A DNA stretch of 64,000 bases, taken from positions 1,364,001 through 1,428,000 of the forward strand of contig OZ024759.1 in NCBI GenBank assembly GCA_964016885.1, read 5' to 3'. Made by a program: the position numbers and the translations under genes. Under the pieces are notes generated by a model. That model did not search any database. It had not been told where the DNA came from and worked only from the letters and a program-made list of their open reading frames with translations. The DNA is from Eledone cirrhosa. Its lineage: Eukaryota. Of this stretch, positions 1-15,800 are shown piece after piece. Positions within the stretch are counted from its first letter, which is position 1. Every line of letters starts with the position of its first letter.

Positions 1-689
1 GACACAGTCTATATTAGTAACATGACAAAGTCTATATTAGTAACATGACACAGTCTATATTAGTAACATGACACAGTCTATATTAGTAACATGACACAGT
101 TTATATTAGTAACATGACAAAGTCTATATTAGTAACATGACAAAGTCTATATTAGTAACATGGCAGTCTATATTAGTTACATGACAAAGTCTATATTAGT
201 AACATGACACAGTCTATATTAGTAACATGACAAAGACTCTATTAGTAACATGACAAAGTCTATATTAGTAACATGACAGTCTATATTAGTAACATGACAA
301 AATCTATATTAGTAACATGACAGTCTATATTAGTAACATGACAAAGTCTATATTAGTAACATGACAGTCTATATTGTACCATGACACAGTCTATATTAGT
401 AACATGACACAGTCTATATTAGTAACATGACACAGTTTATATTAGTAACATGACAAAGTCTATATTAGTAACATGACAAAGTCTATATTAGTAACATGGC
501 AGTCTATATTAGTAACATGACAAAGTCTATATTAGTAACATGACACTGTCTATATTAGTAACATGACAAAGACTCTATTAGTAACATGACAAAGTCTATA
601 TTAGTAACATGACAGTCTATATTAGTAACATGACAACATCTATATTAGTAACATGACAGTCTATATTAGTAACATGACAAAGTCTATAT

Positions 690-2280
690 TAGTAACATGA
701 CAGTCTATATTGTACCATGACACAGTCTATATTAGTAACATGACATAGTCTATATTAGTAACATGACAAAGTCTATATTAGTAACATGACAGTCTATATT
801 GTAACATGACACAGTCTATATTAGTAACATGACACAGTCTATATTAGTATCATGACAGTCTATATTAGTAACATGACACAGTCTATATTAGTAACATGAC
901 ACAGTCTATATTAGTAACATGACAGTCTATATTAGTAGCATGGCAATGTCTATATTAGTAACATGACACAGTCTATATTTGTAACAAGACATAGTCTATA
1001 TTAGTAACATGACATAGTCTATATTAGTAGCATGACAAAGTCTATATTAGTAACATGACAAAGTCTATATTAGTAACATGACACAGTCTATCTTAGTAAC
1101 ATGACAAAGTCTATATTAGTAACATGACACAGTCTATATTAGTAACATGACAAAGTCTATATTAGTAGCATGACAAAGTCTATATTAGTAACATGACACA
1201 GTCTATATTAGTAACATGACAAAGTCTATATTAGTAACATGACAAAGTCTATATTAGTAACATGACAAAGTCTATATTAGTAACATGACTAAGTCTATAT
1301 TAGTAACATGACACAGTCTATATTAGTAACATGACAGTCTATATTAGTAGCATGACAAAGTCTATATTAGTAACATGACAAAGTCTATATTAGTAACATG
1401 ACACAGTCTATATTAGTAACATGACACAGTCTATATTAGTAACATGACAGTCTATATTAGTAACATGACAAAGTCTATATTAGTAACATGGCAAAGTCTA
1501 TGTTAGTAACATGACAAAGTCTATATTAGTAACATGACAGTCTATATTGTACCATGACACAGTCTATATTAGTAACATGACATAGTCTATATTAGTAACA
1601 TGACAAAGTCTATATTAGTAACATGACAGTCTATATTGTAACATGACACAGTCTATATTAGTAACATGACACAGTCTATATTAGTAACATGACAGTCTAT
1701 ATTAGTAACATGACACAGTCTATATTAGTAACATGACACAGTCTGTATTAGTAACATGACAGTCTATATTAGTAGCATGGCAATGTCTATATTAGTAACA
1801 TGACACAGTCTATATTAGTAACAAGACATAGTCTATATTAGTAACATGACATAGTCTATATTAGTAGCATGACAAAGTCTATATTAGTAACATGACAAAG
1901 TCTATATTAGTAACATGACACAGTCTATCTTAGTAACATGACAAAGTCTATATTAGTAACATGACACAGTCTATATTAGTAACATGACAAAGTCTATATT
2001 AGTAGCATGACAAAGTCTATATTAGTAACATGACACAGTCTATATTAGTAACATGACAAAGTCTATATTAGTAACATGACAAAGTCTATATTAGTAACAT
2101 GACAAAGTCTATATTAGTAACATGACTAAGTCTATATTAGTAACATGACACAGTCTATATTAGTAACATGACAGTCTATATTAGTAGCATGACAAAGTCT
2201 ATATTAGTAACATGACAAAGTCTATATTAGTAACATGACACAGTCTATATTAGTAACATGACACAGTCTATATTAGTAAC
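690..2280. repeat. Higher-order tandem duplication, period 837 bp
   Basis: Marker ttgtacc occurs at ~711 and ~1548, and ggcaatg at 942 and 1779. The markers aacaag, atctt and gactaag follow in the same order in both copies. Confidence 0.85.
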
Positions 2281-2469
2281 ATGACAGTCTATATTAGTAG
2301 CATGACAAAGTCTATATTAGTAACATGACAAAGTCTATATTAGTAACATGACACAGTCTATATTAGTAACATGGCAAAGTCTATATTAGTAACATGACAA
2401 AGTCTATATTAGTAACATGACATGGTCTATATTAGTAACATGACACAGTCTATATTAGTAACATGACAA

Positions 2470-5050
2470 AGTCTATATTAGTAACATGACAGTCTATATT
2501 AGTAACATGCCAAAGTCTATATTAGTAGCATGACAAAGTCTATATTAGTAGCATGACACAGTCTATATGAGTAACATGACATAGTCTATATTAGTAACAT
2601 GACACAGTCTATATTAGTAGCATGACAAAGTCTATATTACTAACATGACAAAGTCTATATTAGTAACATGAGAAAGTCTATATTAGTAACATGACACAGT
2701 CTATATTAGTAACATGACAAAGTCTATATTAGTAACATGACACAGTCTATATTAGTAACATGACACAGTCTATATTAGTAACATGACACAGTCTATATTA
2801 GTAACATGCAAAGTCTATATTAGTAGCATGACAAAGTCTATATTAGTAACATGACAAAGTCTATATTAGTAACATGACACAGTCTATATTAGTAACATGA
2901 CAAAGTCTATATTAGTAACATGACGGTCTATATTAGTAACATGACAGTCTATATTAGTAGCATGACAAAGTCTATATTAGTAACATGACACAGTCTATAT
3001 TAGTAACATGACACAGTCTATATTAGTAACATGACAAAGTCTATATTAGTAGCATGACAAAGTCTATATTAGTAACATGACACAGTCTATATTAGTAACG
3101 TGACAAAGTCTATATTAGTAGCATGACAAAGTCTATATTAGTAACATGACAAAGTCTATATTAGTAACATGACACAGTCTATATTAGTAACATGACAGTC
3201 TATATTAGTAACATGACAGTCCATATTAGTAGCATGACAAAGTCTATATTAGTAACATGACAAAGTCTATATTAGTAACATGACACAGTCTATATTAGTA
3301 ACATGACAAAGTCTATATTAGTAACATGACACAGTCTATATTAGTAACATGACAAAGTCTATATTAGTAGCATGACAAAGTCTATATTAGTAACATGACA
3401 CAGTCTATATTAGTAACATGACACAGTCTATATTAGTAACATGACACAGTCTATATTAGTAACATGACAGTCTATATTAGTAACATGACAAAGTCTATAT
3501 TAGTAACATGACAAAGTCTATATTAGTAGCATGACAAAGTCTATATTAGTAACATGACACAGTCTATATTAGTAGCATGACAAAGTCTATATTAGTAACA
3601 TGACACAGTCTATATTAGTAACATGACAAAGTCTATATTAGTAGCATGACAAAGTCTATATTAGTAACATGACAAAGTCTATATTAGTAACATGACACAG
3701 TCTATATTAGTAACATGACAGTCTATATTAGTAGCATGACAAAGTCTATATTAGTAACATGACAAAGTCTATATTAGTAGCATGACAAAGTCTATATTAG
3801 TAACATGACACAGTCTATATTAGTAACATGACAAAGTCTATATTAGTAGCATGACAAAGTCTATATTAGTAACATGACAAAGTCTATATTAGTAACATGA
3901 CACAGTCTATATTAGTAACATGACAGTCTATATTAGTAACATGACAAAGTCTATATTAGTAACATGACAGTCTATATTAGTAACATGCCAAAGTCTATAT
4001 TAGTAGCATGACAAAGTCTATATTAGTAGCATGACACAGTCTATATTAGTAACATGACATAGTCTATATTAGTAACATGACACAGTCTATATTAGTAGCA
4101 TGACAAAGTCTATATTAGTAACATGACAAAGTCTATATTAGTAACATGAGAAAGTCTATATTAGTAACATGACACAGTCTATATTAGTAACATGACAAAG
4201 TCTATATTAGTAACATGACACAGTCTATATTAGTAACATGACACAGTCTATATTAGTAACATGACACAGTCTATATTAGTAACATGCAAAGTCTATATTA
4301 GTAGCATGACAAAGTCTATATTAGTAACATGACAAAGTCTATATTAGTAACATGACAAAGTCTATATTAGTAACATGACGGTCTATATTAGTAACATGAC
4401 AGTCTATATTAGTAGCATGACAAAGTCTATATTAGTAACATGACACAGTCTATATTAGTAACATGACACAGTCTATATTAGTAACATGACAAAGTCTATA
4501 TTAGTAGCATGACAAAGTCTATATTAGTAACATGACACAGTCTATATTAGTAACGTGACAAAGTCTATATTAGTAGCATGACAAAGTCTATATTAGTAAC
4601 ATGACAAAGTCTATATTAGTAACATGACACAGTCTATATTAGTAACATGACAGTCTATATTAGTAACATGACAGTCCATATTAGTAGCATGACAAAGTCT
4701 ATATTAGTAACATGACAAAGTCTATATTAGTAACATGACACAGTCTATATTAGTAACATGACAAAGTCTATATTAGTAACATGACACAGTCTATATTAGT
4801 AACATGACAAAGTCTATATTAGTAGCATGACAAAGTCTATATTAGTAACATGACACAGTCTATATTAGTAACATGACACAGTCTATATTAGTAACATGAC
4901 ACAGTCTATATTAGTAACATGACAGTCTATATTAGTAACATGACAAAGTCTATATTAGTAACATGACAAAGTCTATATTAGTAGCATGACAAAGTCTATA
5001 TTAGTAACATGACACAGTCTATATTAGTAACATGACAAAGTCTATATTAG
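2470..5050. repeat. Higher-order duplication, offset 1478/1455 bp
   Basis: gagaaag occurs at 2670 and 4148, and acgtg at ~3099 and ~4554. The marker order gccaaag, gcaaag, gacggtc, gtccat is the same in both copies. Confidence 0.75.
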
Positions 5051-8000
5051 TAGCATGACAAAGTCTATATTAGTAACATGACACAGTCTATATTAGTAAC
5101 ATGACAAAGTCTATATTAGTAGCATGACAAAGTCTATATTAGTAACATGACAAAGTCTATATTAGTAACATGACACAGTCTATATTAGTAACATGACAGT
5201 CTATATTAGTAACATGACAGTCCATATTAGTAGCATGACAAAGTCTATATTAGTAACATGACAAAGTCTATATTAGTAACATGACACAGTCTATATTAGT
5301 AACATGACACAGTCTATATTAGTAACATCATACAGTCTATATTAGTAACATGACAAAGTCTATATTAGTAACATGGCAAAGTCTATATTAGTAACATGAC
5401 ACAGTCTATATTAGTAACATGACAAGGCCTATATTAGTAACATGACACAGTCTATATTAGTAACATGACAAAGTCTATATTAGTAACATGACAGTCTATA
5501 TTAGTAACATGACAAAGTCTATATTAGTAACATGACAAAGTCTATATTAGTAACATGACAGTCTATATTAGTAACATGACACAGTCTATATTAGTAACAT
5601 GACAAAGTCTATATTAGTAACATGACACAGTCTATATTAGTAACATGACACAGTCTATATTAGTAACATGACACAGTTTATATTAGTAACATGACAAAGT
5701 CTATATTAGTAACATGACAAAGTCTATATTAGTAACATGGCAGTCTATATTAGTTACATGACAAAGTCTATATTAGTAACATGACACAGTCTATATTAGT
5801 AACATGACAAAGACTCTATTAGTAACATGACAAAGTCTATATTAGTAACATGACAGTCTATATTAGTAACATGACAAAGTCTATATTAGTAGCATGACAA
5901 AGTCTATATTAGTAGCATGACACAGTCTATATTAGTAACATGACACAGTCTATATTAGTAACATGACACAGTCTATATTAGTAACATGACACAGTCTATA
6001 TTAGTAACATGACAAAGTCTATATTAGTAGCATGACAAAGTCTATATTAGTAACATGACAAAGTCTATATTAGTAACATGACACAGTCTATATTAGTAAC
6101 ATGACAGTCTATATTAGTAACATGACAAAGTCTATATTAGTAGTATGACAAAGTCTATATTAGTAACATGACAGTCTATATTAGTAACATGACAAAGTCT
6201 ATATTAGTAGCATGACAAAGTCTATATTAGTAGCATGACACAGTCTATATTAGTAACATGACATAGTCTATATTAGTAACATGACACAGTCTATATTAGT
6301 AGCATGACAAAGTCTATATTAGTAACATGACAAAGTCTATATTAGTAACATGAGAAAGTCTATATTAGTAACATGACACAGTCTATATTAGTAACATGAC
6401 AAAGTCTATATTAGTAACATGACAAAGTCTATATTAGTAACATGACAAAGACTATATTAGTAACATGACACAGTCTATATTAGTAACATGACATAGTCTA
6501 TATTAGTAACATGACAAAGTCTATATTAGTAGCATGACACAGTCTAAATTAGTAACATGACACAGTCTATATTAGTAACATGACAGTCTATATTAGTTAC
6601 ATGACACAGTCTATATTAGTAACATGACAAAGTCTATATTAGTAGTATGACAAAGTCTATATTAGTAACATGACAGTCTATATTAGTAACATGACAAAGT
6701 CTATATTAGTAGCATGACACAGTCTATATTAGTAACATGACACAGTCTATATTAGTAACATGACACAGTCTATATTAGTAACATGACAAAGTCTATATTA
6801 GTAGCATGACAAAGTCTATATTAGTAACATGACAAAGTCTATATTAGTAACATGACACAGTCTATATTAGTAACATGACAGTCTATATTAGTAACATGAC
6901 AAAGTCTATATTAGTAGTATGACAAAGTCTATATTAGTAACATGACAGTCTATATTAGTAACATGACAAAGTCTATATTAGTAGCATGACAAAGTCTATA
7001 TTAGTAGCATGACACAGTCTATATTAGTAACATGACATAGTCTATATTAGTAACATGACACAGTCTATATTAGTAGCATGACAAAGTCTATATTAGTAAC
7101 ATGACAAAGTCTATATTAGTAACATGAGAAAGTCTATATTAGTAACATGACACAGTCTATATTAGTAACATGACAAAGTCTATATTAGTAACATGACAAA
7201 GTCTATATTAGTAACATGACATAGTCTATATTAGCAGCATGACAAAGTCTATATTAGTAACATGACAAAGTCTATATTAGTAACATGACAGTCTATATTA
7301 GTAACATGACACATTCTATATTAGTAACATGACAAAGTCTATATTAGTAGCATGACAAAGTCTATATTAGTAACATGACAGTCTATATTAGTAACATGCC
7401 AAAGTCTATATTAGTAGCATGACAAAGTCTATATTAGTAACATGACACAGTCTATATTAGTAACATGACACAGTCTATATTAGTAACATGACACAGTCTA
7501 TATTAGTAGCATGACAAAGTCTATATTAGTAACATGACAAAGTCTATATTAGTAACATGACAAAGTCTATATTAGTAACATGACAAAGTCTATATTAGTA
7601 ACATGACACAGTGTATATTAGTAATATGACAGTCTATATTAGTAGCATGACAAAGTCTATATTAGTAACATGACAAAGTCTATATTAGTAACATGACACA
7701 GTCTATATTAGTAACATGACACAGTCTATATTAGTAACATGACACAGTCTATATTAGTAACATGACAAAGTCTATATTAGTAACATGGCAAAGTCTATAT
7801 TAGTAACATGACAAAGTCTATATTAGTAACATGACATGGTCTATATTAGTAACATGACACAGTCTATATTAGTAACATGACAAAGTCTATATTAGTAACA
7901 TGACAGTCTATATTAGTAACATGCCAAAGTCTATATTAGTAGCATGACAAAGTCTATATTAGTAGCATGACACAGTCTATATTAGTAACATGACATAGTC

Positions 8001-9859
8001 TATATTAGTAACATGACACAGTCTATATTAGTAGCATGACAAAGTCTATATTAGTAACATGACAAAGTCTATATTAGTAACATGAGAAAGTCTATATTAG
8101 TAACATGACACAGTCTATATTAGTAACATGACAAAGTCTATATTAGTAACATGACACAGTCTATATTAGTAACATGACACAGTCTATATTAGTAACATGA
8201 CACAGTCTATATTAGTAACATGCAAAGTCTATATTAGTAGCATGACAAAGTCTATATTAGTAACATGACAAAGTCTATATTAGTAACATGACACAGTCTA
8301 TATTAGTAACATGACAAAGTCTATATTAGTAACATGACGGTCTATATTAGTAACATGACAGTCTATATTAGTAGCATGACAAAGTCTATATTAGTAACAT
8401 GACACAGTCTATATTAGTAACATGACACAGTCTATATTAGTAACATGACAAAGTCTATATTAGTAGCATGACAAAGTCTATATTAGTAACATGACACAGT
8501 CTATATTAGTAACGTGACAAAGTCTATATTAGTAGCATGACAAAGTCTATATTAGTAACATGACAAAGTCTATATTAGTAACATGACACAGTCTATATTA
8601 GTAACATGACAGTCTATATTAGTAACATGACAGTCCATATTAGTAGCATGACAAAGTCTATATTAGTAACATGACAAAGTCTATATTAGTAACATGACAC
8701 AGTCTATATTAGTAACATGACACAGTCTATATTAGTAACATCATACAGTCTATATTAGTAACATGACAAAGTCTATATTAGTAACATGGCAAAGTCTATA
8801 TTAGTAACATGACACAGTCTATATTAGTAACATGACAAGGCCTATATTAGTAACATGACACAGTCTATATTAGTAACATGACAAAGTCTATATTAGTAAC
8901 ATGACAGTCTATATTAGTAACATGACAAAGTCTATATTAGTAACATGACAAAGTCTATATTAGTAACATGACAGTCATTATTAGTAACATGACACAGTCT
9001 ATATTAGTAACATGACAAAGTCTATATTAGTAACATGACACAGTCTATATTAGTAACATGACACAGTCTATATTAGTAACATGACACAGTTTATATTAGT
9101 AACATGACAAAGTCTATATTAGTAACATGACAAAGTCTATATTAGTAACATGGCAGTCTATATTAGTTACATGACAAAGTCTATATTAGTAACATGACAC
9201 AGTCTATATTAGTAACATGACAAAGACTCTATTAGTAACATGACAAAGTCTATATTAGTAACATGACAGTCTATATTAGTAACATGACAAAATCTATATT
9301 AGTAACATGACAGTCTATATTAGTAACATGACAAAGTCTATATTAGTAACATGACAGTCTATATTGTACCATGACACAGTCTATATTAGTAACATGACAT
9401 AGTCTATATTAGTAACATGACAAAGTCTATATTAGTAACATGACAGTCTATATTGTAACATGACACAGTCTATATTAGTAACATGACACAGTCTATATTA
9501 GTAACATGACAGTCTATATTAGTAACATGACAAAGTCTATATTAGTAACATGACAAAGTGTATATTAGTAACATGACAAAGTCTATATTAGTAGCATGAC
9601 ACAGTCTATATTAGTAACATGACAAAGTCTATATTAGTAACATGACACAGTCTATATTAGTAACATGACAAAGTCTATATTAGTAACATGACACAGTCTA
9701 TATTAGTAACATGACATAGTCTATATTAGTAACATGACAAAGTCTATATTAGTAGCATGACACAGTCTAAATTAGTAACATGACACAGTCTATATTAGTA
9801 ACATGACAGTCTATATTAGTTACATGACACAGTCTATATTAGTAACATGACAAAGTCTA

Positions 9860-12800
9860 TATTAGTAGTATGACAAAGTCTATATTAGTAACATGACAGT
9901 CTATATTAGTAACATGACAAAGTCTATATTAGTAGCATGACAAAGTCTATATTAGTAGCATGACACAGTCTATATTAGTAACATGACACAGTCTATATTA
10001 GTAACATGACACAGTCTATATTAGTAACATGACAAAGTCTATATTAGTAGCATGACAAAGTCTATATTAGTAACATGACAAAGTCTATATTAGTAACATG
10101 ACACAGTCTATATTAGTAACATGACAAAGTCTATATTAGTAACATGACAAAGTCTATATTAGTAACATGACAGTCTATATTAGTAACATGACAAAGTCTA
10201 TATTAGTAACATGACAAAGTCTATATTAGTAACATGACAAAGTCTATATTAGTAACATGACACAGTCTATATTAGTAACATGACACAGTCTATATTAGTA
10301 ACATGACAAAGTCTATATTAGTAACATGGCAAAGTCTATATTAGTAACATGACAAAGTCTATATTAGTAACATGACAAGGTCTATATTAGTAACATGACA
10401 CAGTCTATATTAGTAACATGACAAAGTCTATATTAGTAACATGACAGTCTATATTAGTAACATGCCAAAGTCTATATTAGTAGCATGACAAAGTCTATAT
10501 TAGTAGCATGACACAGTCTATATTAGTAACATGACATAGTCTATATTAGTAACATGACACAGTCTATATTAGTAGCATGACAAAGTCTATATTAGTAACA
10601 TGACAAAGTCTATATTAGTAACATGAGAAAGTCTATATTAGTAACATGACACAGTCTATATTAGTAACATGACAAAGTCTATATTAGTAACATGACACAG
10701 TCTATATTAGTAACATGACACAGTCTATATTAGTAACATGCAAAGTCTATATTAGTAGCATGACAAAGTCTATATTAGTAACATGACAAAGTCTATATTA
10801 GTAACATGACACAGTCTATATTAGTAACATGACAAAGTCTATATTAGTAACATGACGGTCTATATTAGTAACATGACAGTCTATATTAGTAGCATGACAA
10901 AGTCTATATTAGTAACATGACACAGTCTATATTAGTAACATGACACAGTCTATATTAGTAACATGACAAAGTCTATATTAGTAGCATGACAAAGTCTATA
11001 TTAGTAACATGACACAGTCTATATTAGTAACATGACAAAGTCTATATTAGTAGCATGACAAAGTCTATATTAGTAACATGACAAAGTCTATATTAGTAAC
11101 ATGACACAGTCTATATTAGTAACATGACAGTCTATATTAGTAACATGACAGTCCATATTAGTAGCATGACAAAGTCTATATTAGTAACATGACAAAGTCT
11201 ATATTAGTAACATGACACAGTCTATATTAGTAACATGACACAGTCTATATTAGTAACATCATACAGTCTATATTAGTAACATGACAAAGTCTATATTAGT
11301 AACATGGCAAAGTCTATATTAGTAACATGACACAGTCTATATTAGTAACATGACAAGGCCTATATTAGTAACATGACACAGTCTATATTAGTAACATGAC
11401 AAAGTCTATATTAGTAATATGACAGTCTATATTAGTAACATGACAAAGTCTATATTAGTAACATGACAAAGTCTATATTAGTAACATGACAGTCTATATT
11501 AGTAACATGACACAGTCTATATTAGTAACATGACAAAGTCTATATTAGTAACATGACACAGTCTATATTAGTAACATGACACAGTCTATATTAGTAACAT
11601 GACAAAGACTCTATTAGTAACATGACAAAGTCTATATTAGTAACATGACAGTCTATATTAGTAACATGACAAAATCTATATTAGTAACATGACAGTCTAT
11701 ATTAGTAACATGACAAAGTCTATATTAGTAACATGACAGTCTATATTGTACCATGACACAGTCTATATTAGTAACATGACACAGTCTATATTAGTAACAT
11801 GACACAGTTTATATTAGTAACATGACAAAGTCTATATTAGTAACATGACAAAGTCTATATTAGTAACATGGCAGTCTATATTAGTAACATGACAAAGTCT
11901 ATATTAGTAACATGACACAGTCTATATTAGTAACATGACAAAGACTCTATTAGTAACATGACAAAGTCTATATTAGTAACATGACAGTTTATATTAGTAA
12001 CATGACAAAATCTATATTAGTAACATGACAGTCTATATTAGTAACATGACAAAGTCTATATTAGTAACATGACAGTCTATATTGTACCATGACACAGTCT
12101 ATATTAGTAACATGACAAAGTCTATATTAGTAACATGACAGTCTATATTGTAACATGACACAGTCTATATTAGTAACATGACACAGTCTATATTAGTAAC
12201 ATGACAGTCTATATTAGTAACATGACACAGTCTATATTAGTAACATGACACAGTCTATATTAGTAACATGACAGTCTATATTAGTAGCATGGCAATGTCT
12301 ATATTAGTAACATGCCACAGTCTATATTAGTAACAAGACATAGTCTATATTAGTAACATGACATAGTCTATATTAGTAGCATGACAAAGTCTATATTAGT
12401 AACATGACAAAGTCTATATTAGTAACATGACACAGTCTATCTTAGTAACATGACAAAGTCTATATTAGTAACATGACACAGTCTATATTAGTAACATGAC
12501 AAAGTCTATATTAGTAGCATGACAAAGTCTATATTAGTAACATGACACAGTCTATATTAGTAACATGACAAAGTCTATATTAGTAACATGACAAAGTCTA
12601 TATTAGTAACATGACAAAGTCTATATTAGTAACATGACTAAGTCTATATTAGTAACATGACACAGTCTATATTAGTAACATGACAGTCTATATTAGTAGC
12701 ATGACAAAGTCTATATTAGTAACATGACAAAGTCTATATTAGTAACATGACACAGTCTATATTAGTAACATGACACAGTCTATATTAGTAACATGACAGT

Positions 12801-15800
12801 CTATATTAGTAACATGACAAAGTCTATATTAGTAACATGGCAAAGTCTATGTTAGTAACATGACAAAGTCTATATTAGTAACATGACAGTCTATATTAGT
12901 AACATGACACATTCTATATTAGTAACATGACAAAGTCTATATTAGTAGCATGACAAAGTCTATATTAGTAACATGACAGTCTATATTAGTAACATGCCAA
13001 AGTCTATATTAGTAGCATGACAAAGTCTATATTAGTAACATGACACAGTCTATATTAGTAACATGACACAGTCTATATTAGTAACATGACACAGTCTATA
13101 TTAGTAGCATGACAAAGTCTATATTAGTAACATGACAAAGTCTATATTAGTAACATGACAAAGTCTATATTAGTAACATGACATAGTCTATATAAGTAGC
13201 ATGACAAAGTCTATATTAGTAACATGACAAAGTCTATATTAGTAACATGACAGTCTATATTAGTAACATGACACATTCTATATTAGTAACATGACAAAGT
13301 CTATATTAGTAGCATGACAAAGTCTATATTAGTAACATGACAGTCTATATTAGTAACATGCCAAAGTCTATATTAGTAGCATGACAAAGTCTATATTAGT
13401 AACATGACACAGTCTATATTAGTAACATGACACAGTCTATATTAGTAACATGACACAGTCTATATTAGTAGCATGACAAAGTCTATATTAGTAACATGAC
13501 AAAGTCTATATTAGTAACATGACAAAGTCTATATTAGTAACATGACAAAGTCTATATTAGTAACATGACACAGTGTATATTAGTAATATGACAGTCTATA
13601 TTAGTAGCATGACAAAGTCTATATTAGTAACATGACAAAGTCTATATTAGTAACATGACACAGTCTATATTAGTAACATGACACAGTCTATATTAGTAAC
13701 ATGACACAGTCTATATTAGTAACATGACAAAGTCTATATTAGTAACATGGCAAAGTCTATATTAGTAACATGACAAAGTCTATATTAGTAACATGACATG
13801 GTCTATATTAGTAACATGACACAGTCTATATTAGTAACATGACAAAGTCTATATTAGTAACATGACAGTCTATATTAGTAACATGCCAAAGTCTATATTA
13901 GTAGCATGACAAAGTCTATATTAGTAGCATGACACAGTCTATATTAGTAACATGACATAGTCTATATTAGTAACATGACACAGTCTATATTAGTAGCATG
14001 ACAAAGTCTATATTAGTAACATGACAAAGTCTATATTAGTAACATGAGAAAGTCTATATTAGTAACATGACACAGTCTATATTAGTAACATGACAAAGTC
14101 TATATTAGTAACATGACACAGTCTATATTAGTAACATGACACAGTCTATATTAGTAACATGACACAGTCTATATTAGTAACATGCAAAGTCTATATTAGT
14201 AGCATGACAAAGTCTATATTAGTAACATGACAAAGTCTATATTAGTAACATGACACAGTCTATATTAGTAACATGACAAAGTCTATATTAGTAACATGAC
14301 GGTCTATATTAGTAACATAACAGTCTATATTAGTAGCATGACAAAGTCTATATTAGCAACATGACACAGTCTATATTAGTAACATGACACAGTCTATATT
14401 AGTAACATGACAAAGTCTATATTAGTAGCATGACAAAGTCTATATTAGTAACATGACACAGTCTATATTAGTAACGTGACAAAGTCTATATTAGTAGCAT
14501 GACAAAGTCTATATTAGTAACATGACAAAGTCTATATTAGTAACATGACACAGTCTATATTAGTAACATGACAGTCTATATTAGTAACATGACAGTCCAT
14601 ATTAGTAGCATGACAAAGTCTATATTAGTAACATGACAAAGTCTATATTAGTAACATGACACAGTCTATATTAGTAACATGACACAGTCTATATTAGTAA
14701 CATCATACAGTCTATATTAGTAACATGACAAAGTCTATATTAGTAACATGGCAAAGTCTATATTAGTAACATGACACAGTCTATATTAGTAACATGACAA
14801 GGCCTATATTAGTAACATGACAAAGTCTATATTAGTAACATGACGGTCTATATTAGTAACATGACACAGTCTATATTAGTAGCATGACAAAGTCTATATT
14901 AGTAACATGACAAAGTCTATATTAGTAACATGAGAAAGTCTATATTAGTAACATGACACAGTCTATATTAGTAACATGACAAAGTCTATATTAGTAACAT
15001 GACACAGTCTATATTAGTAACATGACACAGTCTATATTAGTAACATGCAAAGTCTATATTAGTAGCATGACAAAGTCTATATTAGTAACATGACAAAGTC
15101 TATATTAGTAACATGACACAGTCTATATTAGTAACATGACAAAGTCTATATTAGTAACATGACGGTCTATATTAGTAACATGACAGTCTATATTAGTAGC
15201 ATGACAAAGTCTATATTAGTAACATGACACAGTCTATATTAGTAACATGACACAGTCTATATTAGTAACATGACAAAGTCTATATTAGTAGCATGACAAA
15301 GTCTATATTAGTAACATGACACAGTCTATATTAGTAACATGACAAAGTCTATATTAGTAGCATGACAAAGTCTATATTAGTAACATGACAAAGTCTATAT
15401 TAGTAACATGACACAGTCTATATTAGTAACATGACAGTCTATATTAGTAACATGACAGTCCATATTAGTAGCATGACAAAGTCTATATTAGTAACATGAC
15501 AAAGTCTATATTAGTAACATGACACAGTCTATATTAGTAACATGACACAGTCTATATTAGTAACATCATACAGTCTATATTAGTAACATGACAAAGTCTA
15601 TATTAGTAACATGGCAAAGTCTATATTAGTAACATGACACAGTCTATATTAGTAACATGACAAGGCCTATATTAGTAACATGACACAGTCTATATTAGTA
15701 ACATGACAAAGTCTATATTAGTAATATGACAGTCTATATTAGTAACATGACAAAGTCTATATTAGTAACATGACAAAGTCTATATTAGTAACATGACAGT

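Noticed and set aside
8-20. TATATTA as a TATA box or -10 promoter element
   Set aside because: It is part of an AT-rich monomer repeated thousands of times, with no downstream gene or other promoter context.
630-2645. Singleton variants (acaacatc ~636, agtatcat ~848, atatttgt ~979, gtctgta ~1745, atatgagt ~2569)
   Set aside because: Each is seen once and cannot be told apart from sequencing or consensus errors without reads.
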